DNA from: a bacterium
GTDB taxonomy: Bacteria; Hinthialibacterota; Hinthialibacteria; Hinthialibacterales; Hinthialibacteraceae
NCBI GenBank assembly: GCA_963662285.2
Contig: CAXXMV010000008.1
Coordinates: forward strand, 544,001-608,000
Direction: 5' to 3'
DNA: 64,000 nucleotides
Below the pieces are notes generated by a model. The model made no database searches. It worked only from the letters and a program-made list of their open reading frames with translations, and was not told where the DNA came from. How positions within the stretch are numbered: position 1 is the stretch's first letter; each line of letters opens with the position of its first letter. Both the position numbers and the translations under genes were made by a program. Below, one piece after another: positions 61,451-64,000 of the stretch.

Positions 61451-62812
61451 AGGTATAGGTAACGGTATTGGCAATGACTCCTGGCTCAAGAAAACCGGAA
61501 CTGACTGTAATATTGCCTCCATTGCTCACTGTGGCTGTCATTAAGACGCCATCGACTGTTTCGGTTAATGTGGGTGAATTCATTCCCGTTGCGGTTCCAA
61601 ACCCAAACGTATGCGGATCGACCAATGTGTGGCTGTAAGCAGACAGTGCTTGTAAGGAAAATGGCAGCGTTGAATCGATGTTTCTATCTCCGCAGTTCCA
61701 TTCCAAATCCCAATCCCCGCCGAGTTTACTTGCGCCAGTGCGGTCGCTAGAAGCAGCGATATGAGCCCCGGTTAGATCGGCCAGGCGGGTGATAAATGCT
61801 TCGCCGACAGCACCCGATGCAACATCACATCCCTAGGTATATATAGTAGAATGAACGGTTAATAGATTTTCCCAAAGCGACAATTGGGACGAATCCTCCT
61901 GAATTGATTCTTCGCTGATCTCACTGGAGGCAAATACTAATGCTCCCGGTTTCCCGTGGCTTATGATGTGAATTGAATCAATCCCGGTTCCGTCCTGGTT
62001 TAACCGTTGCAAGGCCTCTGTCATTTGCTCTAGGGCCGGGCATTTCGCATCCAAAATAACGATTTCATGACCGGGCAGCACACCATCAACCAGCATGGAC
62101 CAATCGGATACTCCCTGATCGATAAAAACAATGTTTTTGGAATTCGTGACGTCACAGTCAAATGTAGCAGAATAAACAGAATGACTAGAAAGCAAGAACA
62201 AGACAAAAAGGATTGAGAGATACCCGTTATACAAACGGCTTGAAATGTTGCGCAACAATGACTGATCAATTTTCATTGTGCAAAGTACAAGCGAATTCAA
62301 TACGAACATTATTAACCTTCCAAATTCTAAAATATTTTGATCTTATATATTTGGTAAAACAGTTTTGTTCTATATATAGGAAAAAATATATATAGACGTA
62401 CTAGATTTTCATTTTCCTTTTGTTGGCAAACAGAGAATGATCTGATTACTGTCATTCATGTTGTTTCAAAAGCAACGTGAACTGCAATTTGCCTTTTATT
62501 TTTTGTAATCCTTTATCACTGTTTAAGCAAAAACATTTATATTTATTTGATTAATACGCAATAAATAGTCCACAAAAATATCCATAAAATAAAAAGAACA
62601 TAGAGGTTATAAATAACTTAAATCCATTGAACAAAAAAAATTAACGGAACATGCACCCTGTTTTACGTATTTATTAGTTACAACAATTCATGATTCGGAT
62701 TACTTTCATCATAAAATTAAGAATAATGTTCATCTTCGGTCATCTTCATGACGCTATAGCCATATTAGAGAAAACTTGGTAATGTATTCCGTAAAAAGGA
62801 AATAATGAAATC

Positions 62813-64000
62813 ATGAAAAAAAATATACTGAACATTGTCTTAATAATTCTCGTTTTTGGACTCTCATTCACATTTTTTCCGTTTAGCCCCGCCGCAGAGC
62901 AGATCGATCTGCCCCGCGTGGAAGCCATGCCCAATGAACCTTCGCCTTATGTACTAAGAGACTGGAAGAAAACCGGGCGCGACTATATTCATTTCAGCCT
63001 GGATGAAACCAAACAAGGCGAGCACCTGCCGCTGATGCAGTGGTTGAATGAATCAAATGGATGGAAAATGTTTTTTCTGCCCAGTTACGTCGGCTTGAAG
63101 GAACCTAAGACCGAAGCCATCAATGCCATGGCTTTGGTGGCTTCCGGCGCCCTGTTGGGATTGGATATGACCGATTTCAACGGCACTGATTTCGTTAAAC
63201 TCACCTCCGATTATTTCTATTGCCCGTCCGAAGGAATGTATAGCAACGACCAGGGGGGATGCGGTACTCCCGAATTCTGGTACAAGATTCTACCCAACCT
63301 GCTGTTTTATCAAATAAGCGACCTGCATCCTCAAAGGCATGATTTGAAAACCAAAGTGTTGCGCATTGCGGATCAATTGCATCAAGCCAGCCTATCTCTG
63401 GGAGGATCAAAAGAACCCTGGGCTATTCCTGAATACGAACATTGGTCTTTCGATTTCGCCAAAATGGAATCGCGCAACGACCGCGCCTGGAAAGAAGCTG
63501 GATCAGCTGGGGCCTTCGCCTGGATGAGTTACATGGCATTCAGCGCCGGAGGCGAGCCCAAACACCTGGATACAGCCGATTGGGCTATGGAATATCTATC
63601 CCGCCGGGATATTTCGAAGAATCCTCTTTATGAAATAATGCTGCGTTACGCTCCCATAACCGCAGCACGTATGAACGCCGAACTGGGACGCAACTATGAC
63701 CTTCACAAAATGCTCCTATGGTGCACTGGCGTAAGCGACGGGCGTTACGGCTGGGGCGTTATCAGCGACGCGCCTTGGGGCGATTATGACTGCGACGGCC
63801 TGGCGGGCAGCACCACTGACACTAACGGATACGCCTTTACCATGAATACCTTCCAAGCCGCCAGTACGTCCGTCCCCGTCGTCCGTTACGACCAGCGCTA
63901 CGCCCGGACAATTGGAAAATGGATGCTCAATCTGATCAACGCAGCCCGTTTATTTTACGCCAATGGACTGCCGGGCGATTTGCAGGATAACCAGGCTTGG
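62813..64000 (+). CDS. Secreted hypothetical protein, probable carbohydrate-active enzyme (runs off the window edge; absent from ORF track)
   Basis: Manual translation MKKNILNIVLIILVFGLSF...IDLPRVEAMPNEPSPYVLRDWKK...LPSYVG...EAIN; frame appears open to the window end. Confidence 0.7.
   Translation, partial: MKKNILNIVLIILVFGLSFTFFPFSPAAEQIDLPRVEAMPNEPSPYVLRDWKKTGRDYIHFSLDETKQGEHLPLMQWLNESNGWKMFFLPSYVGLKEPKTEAINAMALVASGALLGLDMTDFNGTDFVKLTSDYFYCPSEGMYSNDQGGCGTPEFWYKILPNLLFYQISDLHPQRHDLKTKVLRIADQLHQASLSLGGSKEPWAIPEYEHWSFDFAKMESRNDRAWKEAGSAGAFAWMSYMAFSAGGEPKHLDTADWAMEYLSRRDISKNPLYEIMLRYAPITAARMNAELGRNYDLHKMLLWCTGVSDGRYGWGVISDAPWGDYDCDGLAGSTTDTNGYAFTMNTFQAASTSVPVVRYDQRYARTIGKWMLNLINAARLFYANGLPGDLQDNQAW

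Larger units (their letters stand above)
57561..62309 (-). pseudogene. DUF4347-domain adhesin gene broken by an in-frame TAG (61833-61835) and an IS (59121-61449)
   Basis: IVFID..V.D, HIISHG.PG, then IYT*GCDVASG...LADLTGA.IAAS.D.TG...GGDWDLE continues in frame. Removing the IS and one TSD restores ...TVTYTLAFSTG... into the 57561-59138 ORF. Confidence 0.88.

Noticed and set aside
12018-61835. Amber (TAG) recoding or pyrrolysine, suggested by two in-frame TAGs in otherwise open genes (12018 and 61833) and nearby corrinoid methyltransferases
   Set aside because: TAG terminates several clearly complete genes here (18638, 43637, 44838, 46400, 51940). Both internal TAGs fall at aromatic positions reachable by one substitution, in dispensable genes. 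No pyl genes or tRNA seen.
980-63633. Numerous antisense or alternate-frame ORFs nested in larger genes (e.g. 39484-40170, 57580-58236, 15750-16325)
   Set aside because: They are shadows of well-supported genes and carry no motifs or RBS.

Overview
AT-rich bacterial chromosomal window with no rRNA, tRNA or CRISPR array that I could detect. The gene content fits a glycan/sulfate-ester-degrading diderm. The Thr/Pro-linker surface proteins and a C-terminal SVSDWSLF tail remind me of candidate lineage OLB16/Hinthialibacterota, but that is an unverified inference. The left end holds a class A PBP fragment, a Zn-dehydrogenase, a STAS protein, an RpoD-like sigma factor, a transglutaminase-TPR protein and a radical SAM/SPASM enzyme. 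The rest is a mosaic: 3 sulfatases, an arylsulfotransferase, GH127, a heparinase II/III-like lyase, 3 Gfo/Idh/MocA oxidoreductases, a class D beta-lactamase, UROD-family/corrinoid methyltransferase genes, an apbE-doxX operon, PIN-PhoH, and three toxin-antitoxin modules (one with a nonsense-dead HEPN toxin). Mobile DNA comprises two near-identical 1507-bp IS481 copies, a frameshifting two-ORF IS, a RAYT (HUH) remnant and at least five dispersed palindromic REP-like families. Most notable: (i) one cadherin-like domain is split in frame between the end of a decayed DUF4347 adhesin gene and the start of a separately secreted 1757-aa surface protein; (ii) both IS481 copies sit inside palindromic repeats and carry a multi-stem non-coding 3' region; (iii) a 264-bp sigma54-promoter/RBS unit is triplicated with junctions at a REP end; (iv) TA cassettes are bracketed by direct REP-like repeats; (v) an unannotated 56-aa ORF lies in the corrinoid methyltransferase cluster.
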